From Lama glama (Eukaryota): 64,000 bases of DNA. Under the pieces are notes generated by a model. That model saw only the letters and a program-made list of their open reading frames with translations. It was not told where the DNA came from and made no database searches. The position numbers were made by a program, and so were the translations under genes. Where the stretch lies: assembly GCA_028534125.1 (NCBI GenBank), contig CM052817.1, positions 38,318,001 to 38,382,000 of the forward strand, in the 5' to 3' direction. Shown in pieces: positions 49,345-62,647 of this stretch. The stretch's first letter is position 1. Every line of letters starts with the position of its first letter.

Positions 49345-49799
49345 TTCATATACTTTAAACTTAACTGGTGTATAATTCATAAACAATAAAATATTTAGGT
49401 CCTAAGTGTACAGTTTGGTGAGTTTTGATATATGTAAACTTAGTAATCTCCACTCCAATCAAGATATAGAATATTCCCATCACCTCATGTAGTTCCTTCT
49501 TACCCCCTAGATAATCTCATCCTCAGCCTCATTCTTGAGGCAACCAGTGTATTGATTTTCCATACATTAGCTTCCTAATTATTCTAGAACTTCAATCAAA
49601 TGGAATCATATAGTGTTATTTCTTTTTGCCTGATTTCTTTCATTTGGCATAATGTTTTTGAAGTTCATTCATGCTCTGCTAGTTTCTAAATTTGTTCCTT
49701 TATGTTGCTGAAGAGTGTTCCATTATGATATACCACAAATTATCCAGCCTCTTGCCGATGGACACTTAGATTGTTTTTATTTTTGAGCTGATAAATAGC

Positions 49800-49800
<1 letters not shown>
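49345..49800 (-). mobile_element. L1M (L1MB/ME-type) 3' end
   Basis: taagtgtacagtttggtgagttttga...caatcaagatatagaatattcccatcacc...aaatggaatcatatagt...gatggacacttagattgttt. Confidence 0.8.
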
Positions 49801-49837
<37 letters not shown>

Positions 49838-49871
49838 ACAGACACAGAGACAGAGACAGAGACAGAGAGAG
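49800..49871. repeat. Compound (GT)n(GA)n(GACAGA)n microsatellite
   Basis: Read directly. Confidence 0.9.
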
Positions 49872-50145
49872 AAGTTGATTGGGAAGATACTTCAAAGTTG
49901 CTACCCTGCTGGCTTTGAACAAAAATGGAGGAAGGGACCATGAGTCCAGGAATGCAGGCAGCCTCTAGAACCTGGCAACGGTAAAAAAGTCAGTTCTCCC
50001 ATAAAGCCTCCAGAAGGGACATAGTTCTGCCAACATTTTGATTTGGGGGCTTCTGACCTTCAGAACTGTAAGGTAATATATTTGTGTTGTTTTAAACCGC
50101 AAAGTTTGTGGCCGTCTGTTACATCAACAAGAGGGAATTAATTCA
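49872..50145 (+). mobile_element. MLT1 (MLT1D/E-like) MaLR LTR, 3' part
   Basis: ctgctggctttgaa...ggaggaagggaccatgag...aggaatgcaggcagcctctagaa...gcctccagaagg...cttctgaccttcagaactgtaag. Confidence 0.8.
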
Positions 50146-50149
50146 CACT

Positions 50150-50712
50150 CCCCAGATCCTTCCTATTGATTCTTTCCATCAACAGAAAGATCATTTTGAT
50201 ATGGAAATTGGATTTTCTTATTATCTTGCTTAATTTTTTTCTCCAGGATTAAATACAAACTCTGGCTCTACTGTATTAAATAAAGTTCCATAATCTCAGC
50301 CCCTCCTGGTCTTCCCAGACTCATCAGCCACCACTCTGCCTAAAAGGATTCTGCTCCTTATTTGGCATGTCATTCTTGATTCCCCAACACTCCTTGCTCT
50401 TTCTAAAATCTGCGACTTGTATCTCAAGGGTTCTTGCCCTAATAATTTAGAAAGCAAATGTCTATTCATTCTTAATGTTTAAAATCTATCATTACCTCAT
50501 CTGCAAAGACTTCCCTGGCATTATCAGTAAGGGTACAGACCCTCTCTTTGAAGATCCTGTGAAACCTCTATCGTGAAGTCCGTCATAGTACATTACAGTT
50601 GTTCCCTTGTCATAGGATCTGTCTCCAACTATGAGCTTCTTGAGGGCAAGGATCATGTCTTTCCATGACTCCTACTACCTAGTACAGTAAATGCTCAGTT
50701 ATTGAATGAATT
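50150..50712 (+). mobile_element. L2 LINE 3' end
   Basis: actatgagcttcttgagggcaaggatcatgtctt...cctagtacagtaaatgctcagttattgaatgaat. Confidence 0.55.
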
Positions 50713-51262
50713 AATATATATAATATTTGTATAATTATAATGCAAATATAACTTTCTAGGTAACACTTATATACATTTTTATCATCTTAAATCTTGCCAA
50801 TATTCTCATTTCTCATTTTATACTTGTTTAATGTATTCTTACATATTTAAAAGCAATTATTATTATTTTAATAATCAGTAAAATGCTAACAAAAGAGGTT
50901 TATCTCTTTGTGAAAAATTATATTCTTAGAGTGCTTTGCACCATAAGTTTAAAATAAAATCTCTCTCTTAAATGAAAAATACACTAGTATATAATTGTTT
51001 TCATAGTACTCTTATACACATTTTGTGCCATGGTCTACAAGCTTCTGCTGTTTATAAAATCATGATTGTGCATTTAACATCTTTTGGGAGGTTGCATTGG
51101 ATGAAGGGCACTTCTCACAATAATTTTGACTCCATGAATGATTCCTTACTTGGTCAGTAAAATCTATATATTTCCAAATTTGACATGATGAAACTCTTCT
51201 GCTTAGGAAAAAGTTCAGAGCCAAGGCCTCTCCTTGGAGCTGAGTTTAGAAATGCCATCTCT

Positions 51263-51452
51263 AAACAACAAAGCCTTACTGTACAGCACAGGGAACTATA
51301 TCCAATACCTTGTAATAGCTGATAATGAAAAATAATATGAAAAGGAATGAGTATATATGTGTGTATATATATATATCTGAATCAGTATGCTGTATACTGG
51401 AAATTAATACAACATTGTAAATCGACTATACTTCAATTTAAAAAATTTAGAA
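51263..51452 (+). mobile_element. Short 5'-truncated Cetartiodactyl-type L1 with TSD
   Basis: aaacaacaaagccttactgtacagcacagggaactatatccaatacc...cattgtaaatcgactatacttcaat; TSD agaaatgccatctct (51248-51262) / agaagtgccatctct (51453-51467). Confidence 0.9.
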
Positions 51453-53639
51453 AGAAGTGCCATCTCTGAGGGGTGTCTCTTATTAACTATACACATAGCC
51501 CTAAAACACAGTGCCTGAAACTCAAATATTTGTCGATTTAATAAATGAAAGAACCCTGTATGATGCCTTGGAGCTAGACTGCAGAGAGACAATTCTAAGG
51601 TTATTACTTGGACTGAAATTCACAGTGGACACAATAACAAAAAATGATCATTTTTAGGTCTTTACTACCCCATAAACCTTTCTAAGCAGGATTTTCTCTC
51701 TGGCAGTCACCACCAACTTTCTATGATTTCTGTTTTCTTTGTTATATGAAAATCCCAATGAAGTTCATTATTTTCTTCCGCAGTGAGTAGCCTCTTTCCA
51801 TCTTTGCCTGCAAGCACTACTGAGATGGTAACTTTCTGCTTATTTTAAAATAAGGATTACAGGAAAATATTGAAAGAAAGGAAAATGGATCAAGGAGAGT
51901 GAAAAAGGGAAACACATGCTCATCTGTCGCCAAGGCGTATGTGACCCCTGCATCCCCACTTGCATACTCAGCTCCCGTGGACCGAGGCAGCGCAAAGAGG
52001 CTCCAGTTGTTCCAAAGTTCTCTCCCCTGCATCTGCAGATCCCAACTGTGTGTTCCACAAAAGCGCTCTACAATTCCTCCCAGGGCAATTCTTACGCACT
52101 CTGCTGTGCACGTTGCCTGCTGTTTGCTCCCTCTCTTGTCAGAGTCCTGGTGTTTCTCTATGCACAGTTGGGCTTCTTCCAAGAATGCTGAGTGACTGGA
52201 GAGAAGCTGAGAGGGCACCAAGAAAAGGACCCCATAACTCCTCTGTCATGGAGGGTAGAGTCCTCCTAGTGGCCCTCGAAGACAGAGCCCTACAGAGAGT
52301 GGGGAGAACTACAGGCTCCCGTGCTTACACGCCACTTGAACCTCTCAACACCAAACGTCTGAAATCCTACACGTGGAGTTTTGTCTTGCTTTTAATAATA
52401 CCATGCTGAATAGCTCGATGAGAGGGAGTTCCTTAAGTTCTCCTTTCTGGCACATACAAAATAATAAATTCCTTTTAAAACAGTAAATCCTTCTGAAATA
52501 GCTTCAATCTGTTGTTAAGGGATGCAACTGCAAGATATTTAAGAAGTTAACTTAGCTAAGTGTGCAACAGAAAAAGGTACATGGTCCATATATTTTAATT
52601 AGCATCCCAATGAGCATCTGCTTATGGCTGAGACTCTGCCAAGTCACCTGTTCCAGGCCATGCTTGGCATAATGAGCAGGTTCAGATATCTTCATAGCAG
52701 ACGGTATTGGCGGCATTAATTTACCCTCAGTCTCTGTAATAATCCTATAATATCACAACACAGCACAGAGCACCATATGTACTCCTTCACTGATAAACTG
52801 CTCTACCTGCAGGCTTTGTAACAATACAGGATGAAGATGATGCAGATTAAAACCTGTTAAACAAATACAGATGCTGTCCAGAGCTCTAGCATTGACTGAA
52901 CTTCCCCACAGGCCTGGGGCTGAACTGGGCACCTCAGAACACACCAGAGATACTGTTTCTAATCCTCCAAGACTGTTTCCTAGAAGGAGGAGACGTAAAA
53001 GTTTCTCTGTACAATTTTCATGGGGCTGGGGTTTCATGGATGTTAATAAAACCAAACAAAATATGCTTCTTCCTTTCTGTGTTATAAAAAAAAGTTCTTA
53101 AAATAGAATTTTCTAGGCTTGTTCCCTGATCTAAACTCTCCCAGTCCATAAACTTTTGAGCAACAGTTCCCAAAAATGTGGTTTTACATTTGGTCACCTG
53201 TAGATGGCCATAAGTTTTTCAGCTTCTCAGACCCTGGAATGTTCTTCATTCTCATGACCCAATTCCCCATTTATTCTCTCTGGAACTCAGAAGCCAAAAT
53301 CAGACACAGAGCCAGATCTTGCTATAAAGACTTCCTCACCTTATCTAAAAGTCTGGAAAAGACTCAGCTGTGAAGAATGTGCTCACAGAGAAAACCACTG
53401 CCCCTGCTCAGGACCCTCCCAACCCCCACTGCCCACCTCACTCCAACCCTTCTCTCCTACCCAAATCTGCAACTGATCAGTGGGATGAGCCCCAGGATGC
53501 CCCAAGCAGAATCCTTAGCCCCACAAATCCTTACCCTGCTCCCAACTGTCATCCCTCATAAATCCAACCATCACTCTTCCAGCTTCCTGAAGTTAAATAT
53601 ATATATATATATATGTTGGATCCATCCCTTTTCTTACAA

Positions 53640-54785
53640 ATTCTCCCAGAAATGACCTTCTTAAAATATAAATCAGATAATTCTTTTACTTAAAATCAGT
53701 GGCTTCCAAGTGTACCTAGAACAAAATTCAAACTCCTTCCCTCAGACTATACGAAAAAGCTCTCTCCCCTTCCCATCTCCCTAACCACCGCCTTCCTACC
53801 AGTTTATGTGCACCCAGACAGACACTCACACACACACAGACACACACACTCCTCACACTCCTGGCTTCTTTCATCTTCCACGTCTTAGTTTAACATCACT
53901 ATTCAGAGAAAACTGTGGTAGAGAGAATAATGGCTACATTCTAATGTAGATGTCTACATTCTAATCCCTGAAACTTGTAAATAGGTTACATGGCCAAGGA
54001 GAATTATGACTACAGATAGATTAAGGATGTGAATCAGCTGACTTAAAATAAGAAGATTATCCTGGTTTCCCCAGTGTAATCACAGAAGTCCTCAGAAGTG
54101 GAGAGGGAATCAGGAGACAGCAATGTGAGACAGACTCAGCATCTCTGAAGAGAGAAGAAGAGGGCTGTGAACCAGGGAATGGGATTGCAGGGAAGCGAAA
54201 CGAGGGCAAGGAGACAGAGTTTCCCCTGAAGCCTCCAAAAAGGATGCAGCCCTGCTGACACCTTGATTTTAGCTAGGTGAGACCCACGCTATACTTCTGA
54301 ACAACCAAATTATAAGATACTTAAGTTTGTGTTGTTTTAATTAAGCCACTAGGTGTGTGGTAGTTTGTTACAGCAGCAATAGGAAACTGATACTACCCCT
54401 TCTCTGATTATCCCACTAATGCAGCCCCCTCCTATTTGCCAAATTTATTCAACCAGTGTTTTATTGTTGCAGGCTCCGGGTGTCAAATGCTATTTTTGCT
54501 CCTGCAGATACACCCAGAAAACAAAACAGATGGAAATTCCTTTCCCCATTTTTCTTACAATCTAATACACAAGCCCCATAATTGTTTTGTTTTGTTTTTC
54601 ATCACAACTTGGGCATTTTAAAAAAATGTAATACCTTGCATACTGTTTGGGTTTTTGTTGGGAGATTTTTTTTTTGCTTGACTCTCCCATGAGAGATATT
54701 ATTTCTACCTAGTTTATCACTATGCAAATCCAATAGTGTCTGACACATGATGTGTTAAATAAGTACTTATTTAATTAGTCAATGA
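53640..54785 (+). mobile_element. L2 LINE interrupted by MLT1 LTR
   Basis: aaaatataaatcagat...cagtggcttcc...aaaattcaaactcctt before the LTR; aatagtgtctgacacatgatgtgttaaataagtacttatt terminus after it. Confidence 0.6.
53914..54394 (+). mobile_element. MLT1D-like MaLR solo LTR
   Basis: tgtggtagagagaataatgg...ctaatccctgaaac...aagattatcctgg...gcagccctgctgacaccttgattttagc...ttgttacagcagcaataggaaactgatac. Confidence 0.85.
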
Positions 54786-54923
54786 CTCAGCTAATAAAAA
54801 AGCTTCTGATAATGCATATTCTCCAGAAATTCCTCTTCTCACTCCTGTTCATTATTAATCAAAGTCCTATGGATCAGCCATGTGAAAAGGGACTATAGCC
54901 CAAGGGAATCCTAGGAGTAAGGC

Positions 54924-55291
54924 TGTTTTAGTCAGCCAGGACTGCTGTATCAAGAATATTACAGATTGAGTAACTTGAACAACAGAAATTTATTTCTCTC
55001 AGTTCTGGAGGTTAGAAAGTCCAGGATCAAGATACCAGCAGATGCAGTATCTGGTTAGAGCCCTCTTTCTGATGCAGATGGCCATTTTCTCACCATATTC
55101 TCGTATAGTAAAGAAAGAGAAACATCATCTCTGCCCTGTCTTTTCTTATAAGGGCACTAATCCCATTCATGGGGGCTTCACCCTCATGACTCAATTAATT
55201 CCCAAAAGTCACACCTCTAACTTCCATCACATTGGGGATTTAGGCTTCAAACTGTGAATTGTGAGAGGATATATACATCCAGCCCAAAGCT
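54924..55291 (-). mobile_element. MLT1A-like MaLR solo LTR
   Basis: aacaacagaaatttatttctctcagttctggaggttagaaagtcc...cttataagggcactaatcccattcatggggg...catcacattgggg. Confidence 0.85.
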
Positions 55292-57314
55292 CATAAGCAA
55301 TTTGGTGTGTTTGGCTGTGACAGGTGCTGTTCCTTCCTTGACATTTCCCTAGACTAATGCCTCCAAGATGGAAGAAACCATGTCCTACTCCTTAACCGTC
55401 TTTAGGATCCCAGTACTTGTTGTTGTGTCTGAAACACTCAATGTCTGATTATTAAATGAAGGAATGAACAATGAATATATGTGTACTTCAGATTACAAAC
55501 GTTTATAAATTGAGGTTTCATATGAAAAAAAAACTTGGTTTCTCTCCACTCAGAGGATGTACAGCAAAATATTGACTTGCTACAATTAGCAGCATTATCC
55601 AAGAAAGTCAATGAACTCTTGCCCAGTAGTGTTTGGCTTTATCTGGGAGACAGGAGGTGGTAAGTACATGGAATGCTTTTCCATATTTATGTAAGGGAAT
55701 AGTCATTTGAGTCTAGTATTTATTGAGCAGTTAATTACTGTCTAGCCATCTTCAGGTGGAAATATCATGCCATCTATGGAAATGCTATTTATTAAGTCGA
55801 TGTCCTAGAAAAATTTCAATCTGGCCTGTAGAATATACCAATTCTGATGCCAGGGGCATTTAGAGAGGAAGGGGGACTGAAGGACAGTTACGGTGGAAGG
55901 TAGGCATCAGGGACCATGATCAAAGGCACAGAGAAGGCAGTAGCAAAAGTTAGAGATGAGACAAAGATTATAATGTCTTATAGTTTAGAAATTCCCCAAA
56001 GTGATCAAAAATGGATTCTTTCTTATAAATGCATGTCATGTGAGGATATATTCAAGAATGACTGCTTTAAAATAAAAATCAGTTGTTTTCACATATGGGA
56101 ATATATTTTTAGTCTTTCCTAATCTTTCAAGTATTTACTTTTCATTTTAAAGCCTGGAATAATACAAACATGACTGTAAAGGAAACTGAGTATTTAGTGA
56201 GCTATTGTTTCCTTTTATGAAACTTCCTCAGTTCAATTCTAGTCTATTTTTAGAATACTATTCCTTTAACTTCTCCATTTATTTAGGTTCAAAAAATCTT
56301 CAATTTATAATGATTTTTCTGTTCTCTTTTGGAAAATACTTCAACTGTCTCAAACATTAACGTAGGTATACTAATTACAATACAAATATTAAGCTTAATA
56401 TTTTTTCAGAATCCCTTACCTTAGCACCTGAATTTTCACACTACACTTTGATGATTACATTAGGATTGCAATGTCTCTGTTAGGTTAAAGATACACTTTA
56501 AAATTCTTACCCAAAGCAAATAAAAATTAAGATACAAAGTAAACTTAATTTACTAAGAATGAAGACTATTCTTATCTCATGAGACCATGAATTATATACT
56601 GGATTCAAGAAGCATGGCTTATACTTAGCAGAATTAATGGTGCTTTGTGTCAATGCCATTTAAGAGATATTGTTTGATGTCTAAAGACAATTATTTTCCA
56701 AGATGCTGAACCATAAGAGTACACATTCTTTTCTTGTACCTCATACCACCTCATTGGAGCTCTTGATTTTCAACACACTTGGAGCAATAGTTTGGGGATA
56801 AATTTAGCTTCAGGCTTCTCTATTAAGAAAATTCTGTCATTGCTGAATACTGTGACAGTGAATAGTGGTGATTGCAGGGAACAAAGGGAATGATTACCCA
56901 GTACAGCAGGTCCTGTTAGTTCTCACATCTTTGAGGGGTAAAGAGGTATTTTGACAAAGGAGAGTGATAAAGATCCTATGTAATCCAGTCACAGATGCCT
57001 CAGGTTCTTGCTGCCTGGAGAATGAATTGATCCAAAATCCTACTTGTGGAAGAAAGCCTTTCTTCTCAACTGCAAGATACATTTCTAAAACTCTTATTGC
57101 TTTGCCAACTAGATATGCTCTTACAGGTGTAAGTGTATAAAAATATTGAATATACATCTTTAATATTTAATTTAACATAAGAATATTAAAATATATGTGA
57201 TTTTTGGTATTTGAGTTTTAGGAGTCTAATTATTAGCAGGAAGGAATACTACAGTCTGGAAGCTGATGGCTGTGTAAATCAAAAAGATGCTGTGGGAAGT
57301 GATGAGTGTATAGT

Positions 57315-57535
57315 GTACCAGAGCTCAGCTGACTAGAGCATGGCGTTACTGATGCCAAGCTCTCTGGCCCCACCCCCACAGAGGAAGAGGCTGCTAATTA
57401 AGGAACCACTGGCCCTTGCACTGAAATGTCTGCTGTTGGTCACAGATGAGACAGCGTGAACATTTTAATGAGTCCCATAATCCCACTGGAAAAACAACTC
57501 AAGTGCATTATCGAAAATCAATAGCATTATTTTTT
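57315..57535 (+). mobile_element. MamSINE1-like tRNA-derived SINE
   Basis: Head agctcagctgactagagcatggcgttactgatgccaag resembles tRNA-Ile(AAT) agctcagttggttagagcgtggtgctaataacgccaag; body ctgttggtcacag and actggaaaaacaactcaag match recalled MamSINE1. Confidence 0.7.
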
Positions 57536-57624
57536 TCTGACAGCAGACAAAGAAAAGGGAGCTGCTTTAAGCAGAAAACATAAACAAGCTAACCAAGCTC
57601 TCCATGTGAGCCAGTAATGAATTT

Positions 57625-57768
57625 AAACACAAAATTCTTGGAGTGTGGCTTTGAGTCTGTCATGACAAATTAGCCAGGTATCATTGGACAAGGTATTTTA
57701 AATTTTCTCAGTCTCAATTTCTCCATATAGTACCCTCTCACCCCAACACACACACACATAAACACACA

Positions 57769-57806
<38 letters not shown>

Positions 57807-57875
57807 GGGTTGTTGTCAGGTCTGAAGATACTATATGTGAGAGTACTTGGCACACAGCAGTACTCAGTTAAAGGG
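57625..57875 (+). mobile_element. MIR SINE with internal (CA)n microsatellite (~57746-57802)
   Basis: ttggacaagg...ttctcagtctcaatttctcc...cagggttgttgtcagg...ttggcacacagcagtactcag. Confidence 0.65.
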
Positions 57876-59214
57876 AGCCTTTTGCCATCATGTGTTGCTT
57901 ACTTTCCATCAATAATTACTGCCCCACTGGGCAGAGGTCCATGAGCACAGGGACCTTTAAATCACTCCTATTTGCCAGCACCAGGCAACCCAATTCAGTT
58001 TAAATCAACACATGTTCATTGTTTCCCTACACTAAAGTATAAGTGTAGTATTATATACCAAGAATACAAAGGCATACAACCAAAAACAGGGGTCAGATCT
58101 CAGGGAGTCCAGAGTGGGAAAAGAGTCACAGACAGTTCATAGTAAATCCTCTGTAAACACTGGTTAATTAATAGATGGATAGTAGTAAGTGGACAACAAA
58201 TGACTGATGTTACACCACTCTGTGTGTCTAATATTTCTACCCTTCTATATTGAAACACAAAACCACAACATATTTATGCTCTTTGTCATTGATATTTCTA
58301 GCCATTATGGCTAAATTAATCAGTTGGTGAATGTTACTAATGATTTAAGGTGCAATATAAGTTATTTTCGTGTGTTTCAGTCATTCCAAAATGACTGTAA
58401 TGACAAGCTCATACACTAGGTGAGGGAAAAGCAAGGCACGTATTTACAATGAAGGGAGTCAAATTTCCCCAAAGAATGCTAAATAGTCTTTCTTACCCTC
58501 CTATTTCCAGCAGTAAGCTAAAGAAAGAGCCAACATTACTCTGAATTATCGATCTCAAAAACACACTGAGTAAACACACTGAGTAAACTTTCTACAATAG
58601 AATTTTTAATACCTAGATGTGCATCTAATTTTTAATATATCACTTGATGATGAAAATAAACATCAAAAGAATTTTATAAAATCTAAAAGAGTAAAAATAA
58701 AACATAATCATGTTTTGCTATTTTTATCTTTGTACTTTTTCCACATTCAGAGATATTTTCTATAGTTTAAATACAGTTGTAGTTAAAACATGGATTCTGC
58801 TTTTTTTAACTTCATAGTTATTCTAGGTGCACTATTTTCTTCTAACCACGTACTGCATACCATCTACCACATCCCAATTAACCCTTCCACATGGCCATTG
58901 CATAAACAGTGATCTTCTCTTGATCCTGCTTCAAAGGCATGACTGATTGATCCAGAAGAGGGTACCAGACCTGGGCAATGAGTCTTCATAGAAATGTGAA
59001 TGTGATACCAAAAGAGAAAATCAGACTACTTTCTTTCCATTGGCTAGAGCTGTACATTGTTAAAAACCATGTGGGGTGTGTGTGTGTGTGTGTACTGATA
59101 GATACACATACACACAATATGCTTTCACAATCAAGATGAGATGTCCTCAGACAAGTTCCACTTGTTCCCAAGGCTCATTGTTCCTGTCTTTGGGATTCAT
59201 GTGTATAAAACATA

Positions 59215-59390
59215 AAGTGAGCCTTAAGGGGCTCTATAGTTCATTGTAATGTAGTAACATTGACTCATCAATTGTAATAAATATACTGCACTAAAGTAGA
59301 TGTTAATTGGAGGTTAGGCAAGGGGAATTTATGGGAACTCTATTCTCTTTTCACTCAATTTTTCTGTAAAGTGCTCAAAGAATAGTTTTC
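59215..59390 (+). mobile_element. L1M (L1MC/MD-type) 3' end fragment
   Basis: tcatcaattgtaataaatatac...gatgttaat...tatgggaactct...ctcaatttttctgtaaa. Confidence 0.55.
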
Positions 59391-60279
59391 ATCGTCCAAT
59401 CTACCTCTGCCCCTCTGGAAGTAAATTTTCAAAGACCACTTAATATGTTTCTAATAATAAAAAATTTGTATTTATAGTTTTCTATTATACATTGTCAGCT
59501 ACTTGAGGACAGGATTATTGTCTTCCAACGTGTCATAATTTGCTCGTAATTTAAGGCAAAGTGACTATATGAGGAAAGTACACAAACATTTGATAAATAG
59601 CAGATATACAAATATTGTACTGTCAACAAGCTGATGTGTAACTGCCAATGATTAAATATTAAAATAACTTTTCCAATTAACTCTTGGTTTCTTTTTTCTT
59701 CATCTATAAACTATTCACATGGCAAGTACAATATTTCTCATGTGTTTAAAACTATAACTAAATTTAAATTGGCTTTCAAGCTACAACTTTTTTCAAGAAT
59801 AAAAAAAGCAAACAACCAAACAGAATGTTTCCAATTTGACAGAACTTTCCCTTTAATTTAAAATTTAGTCTCCTGGGGCCAATACTCCATAAATTCAGAG
59901 TTCCCCATTTATTCCCTTGTTTCTCAAGATAATTTAAATTACTAAAAGGCTTACGTGTCAACCTGTGAAGAGGACTGTGATCTGGGTGCTGGCCTTTGCC
60001 TTCACTGGACCACAGTGAGGCCTGGCTGCCCTCACTCCCAGCTGTGGCTGTAGGACTGTCCTCTCTGAATGTGCACCGCTGGCCTTGACAAGATCTCTAA
60101 TTGGTAGGCGTACACCTCTGTGGTCTCTTGTTTTCCACCTCGGGTTCTCTGGGCCCACCAGCCCACCGCTGCATACCTTGCCTTTTCGGGGTGTGTAGGA
60201 GCTCCGGATGATTTTCCACAATGCTTGCAGGTGCTCTGGGTCCCGTGATGCTATCTGTAGTTTTACTTCCCAATCACCG

Positions 60280-60655
60280 ACCTAAGACATTTGTACTGAC
60301 TTTTCCCTCTGTCTGGGGTGCTCCTCTCCAAGATACTGTGTGGTTCGTGTGGCTCTCTGTGAAAATGCTGCCTTCTTAATAAGCCGATTCTAATCACCCT
60401 TTGTATCTTTATGTACTCCCGCACTCTTGATTCCTCTTACTATTTTTTCACACTATTTTCTCCATACTAATTATCACCTTTTAAGATCTTTTTTTACTAT
60501 GCTAATTGTTTACAGTCTATTCCCACCTCTCATTCCCAATGTAAACTTTATAACCCATACTTTTTTCCTTTCTTCTTTTCTGCTGACAAATCCCAAGTGC
60601 CTAGAGCAGAGCCTGTAATGTAGTAAGTGCTTAATAAATATATTTTGAATAAAAA
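60280..60655 (+). mobile_element. L2 LINE 3' end
   Basis: catttgtactgacttttccctctgtctgg...tcccaagtgcctagagcagagcctg...tagtaagtgcttaataaatatattttgaata. Confidence 0.65.
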
Positions 60656-61419
60656 CATCTCCAGCCTTTTAAATAAACTGGTCCTCCATGAAATACAGAA
60701 CAAGTCTGTCCACACGAGCCATGTGGATCAATGCCTGTCCCTGTCACTCACACACACACACACACACTACATCCTCCACCCCATCCCATTTCTCCACTTG
60801 TCTGTTCTCCCCCTTCTTTTCTGTCCCTACCTCTCTGATCTCAGCTCTACATTTGTTCAAGGTCTTACTCTGGTTTTCCTCTTTCACTGGGTGACCCCTA
60901 TATACCCCCTCCTCCAGCTTATCTACCAAGGCTTCCCCTTAAATTAGGGCTCGGTAAACTGTCTTAGGTAAGACATAATTTTCCCACCAGTCTTCATAAT
61001 GGAACTGAACCTTGTACTCTCATCCTCTCTGATTCAGACAGTAGAGCTGGCACCTGACACCGTGGGAGCGAACACAACTGTTTAGAGAGAGAAGACAAGC
61101 GAGACAAGTTCCGAGTATGGAACCCCGGGAAGAACTAGCATTCAAGGGATGAGACAAGTAAAATAAATGAGAGGAAACTAAAAACTTTAAAATTAAAGAA
61201 GAAAAGAACTCTTAAAAACCAATGTGGGAAAAATTATTTCACAAAGATAGTGGCCATCATTGGTACCAATGCTGAAGGACAATCAAGTAAGATTAGGTTT
61301 GAAATCCTCCACTGGTTTTAGTAATTAAGTAGGTCATTGTGTTCTTATAGGGTCAGTTTCTGTGGAACTGGGGAAGGGTGGGGCCTGGACACCAGATGAT
61401 AAGGAGTGGAGGTATAAGG

Positions 61420-61590
61420 GATGAGGATGTCGTTTCCCAAGCCCTTCACCAGGCAGGGAGCCCATCTGAAGCCAGAGAATACTGCTCAGCCAAACCCAGC
61501 CTAGACCACCTACAGGTTCATATGCTAAATAAATGGTGCTGTTGTAAGTCACTGAATTTTGGGTAGATTTTTACGTAACAAAATTGATAT
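61420..61590 (+). mobile_element. MLT1 (H/I-like) LTR 3' fragment
   Basis: ctgctcagccaaacccagcctaga...aaataaatggtgctgttgtaagtcactgaattttgggtag. Confidence 0.5.
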
Positions 61591-62252
61591 ATGAGCAAAA
61601 CTTCATTGTGTATAAAAATGGATGAGAAGTTGATGGGGAGGAGAAAAAGTCTGAGAATTTGGAAAAGAGGAGATGATAAAGTAAAACACATAAGGGGGTA
61701 TGAAAGAGTAGAATTCCAAGCAAATGTGGAGGAGCAAATAGTAGATGGAGCAAGTTTATAGGTGAGGAGATAGGAGATTGAGGGAGAGAATTCACAGCCT
61801 GAAGACTCAGATTCACAACATACAGATAAGGTAGAGGCTTGAAGGGAGTGGCAGAGCTTGGACTGATTCCCTCTTAAGTACTGCTGTTGCTAAGAGACTC
61901 TAAGTCCAGTCACACCTCTTTTATCACCACACTCTTCCCTCTCCATCCACTTCTGACACCTAGCATTAAACACCACGTGTAATTTAAATCACTGCTTCCT
62001 GGGTAATCTTGCTACACAATGATAATCCAGTTGTAACAGTTCTGCAAATTCTTCAAAATAAGTGAGCAGAAGTCTAACTACATCCATCACTGGAAATTCC
62101 AATGATTAGCATCTCCTTGTCTGCATCTTAAGGAATCAAGGATAAAGCTGCATGCCATGTGATCATTATTTGAAGTTGAAGTAAAATGCTTCAAAATAAA
62201 TCTGATTTTATTTAAACAAAAAATAAAAACTATTTTTATTTGGAAAATGAGG

Positions 62253-62647
62253 TGTATGGGCTGAACTGTGTCACCTCACAATTCGTATGTTGAAGCCCCT
62301 CTGCCCCTGCCAACTTGATACCTCAGAATGTGACTGGTGACAGGACCTTTAAAGAGGCAGTTAAGTCAAAACAAAGTCATTGTGCTGGGCCCTAATCCAA
62401 TATGCCTATAAGTGTCCTTATAAGAATGGGAAATTAGGACACAGACCACACAAAGGGACACATGTGTGAGGACACAGCCGGAAGACGGCCAGCTGCAAAC
62501 CAAGGAGGGAGGCCTCAGAAGAGAACAACCCTGCCCACACCTTTGTCTTGAACTTCTAGCCTCCAAAACTGTGAGAAAATAAGTTTCTATCGTTTAAGTC
62601 ACTTTCTTTGTGTCCTTCCATTATGGTAGCCCTAGCGACGTCATACA
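62253..62647 (+). mobile_element. MLT1B-like MaLR solo LTR, full length, 5-bp TSD
   Basis: TG...CA termini; tgtatgggctgaactgtgtc...gggccctaatccaatatg...gaggcctcagaag...cttctagcctccaaaactgtgagaaaataa; flanks tgagg/tgaag. Confidence 0.88.

Noticed and set aside
48723..49386. Five 173-199 aa ORFs
   Set aside because: Artefacts of translating the 500-N gap.
57315..57390. Functional tRNA-Ile gene
   Set aside because: T-arm/B-box and acceptor stem are lost, and the sequence continues into a SINE body.
58559..58588. Short direct repeats (acacactgagtaa x2; also ctacattctaat x2 at ~53934-53965)
   Set aside because: Local slippage duplications, with no array or spacer structure; not CRISPR-like.
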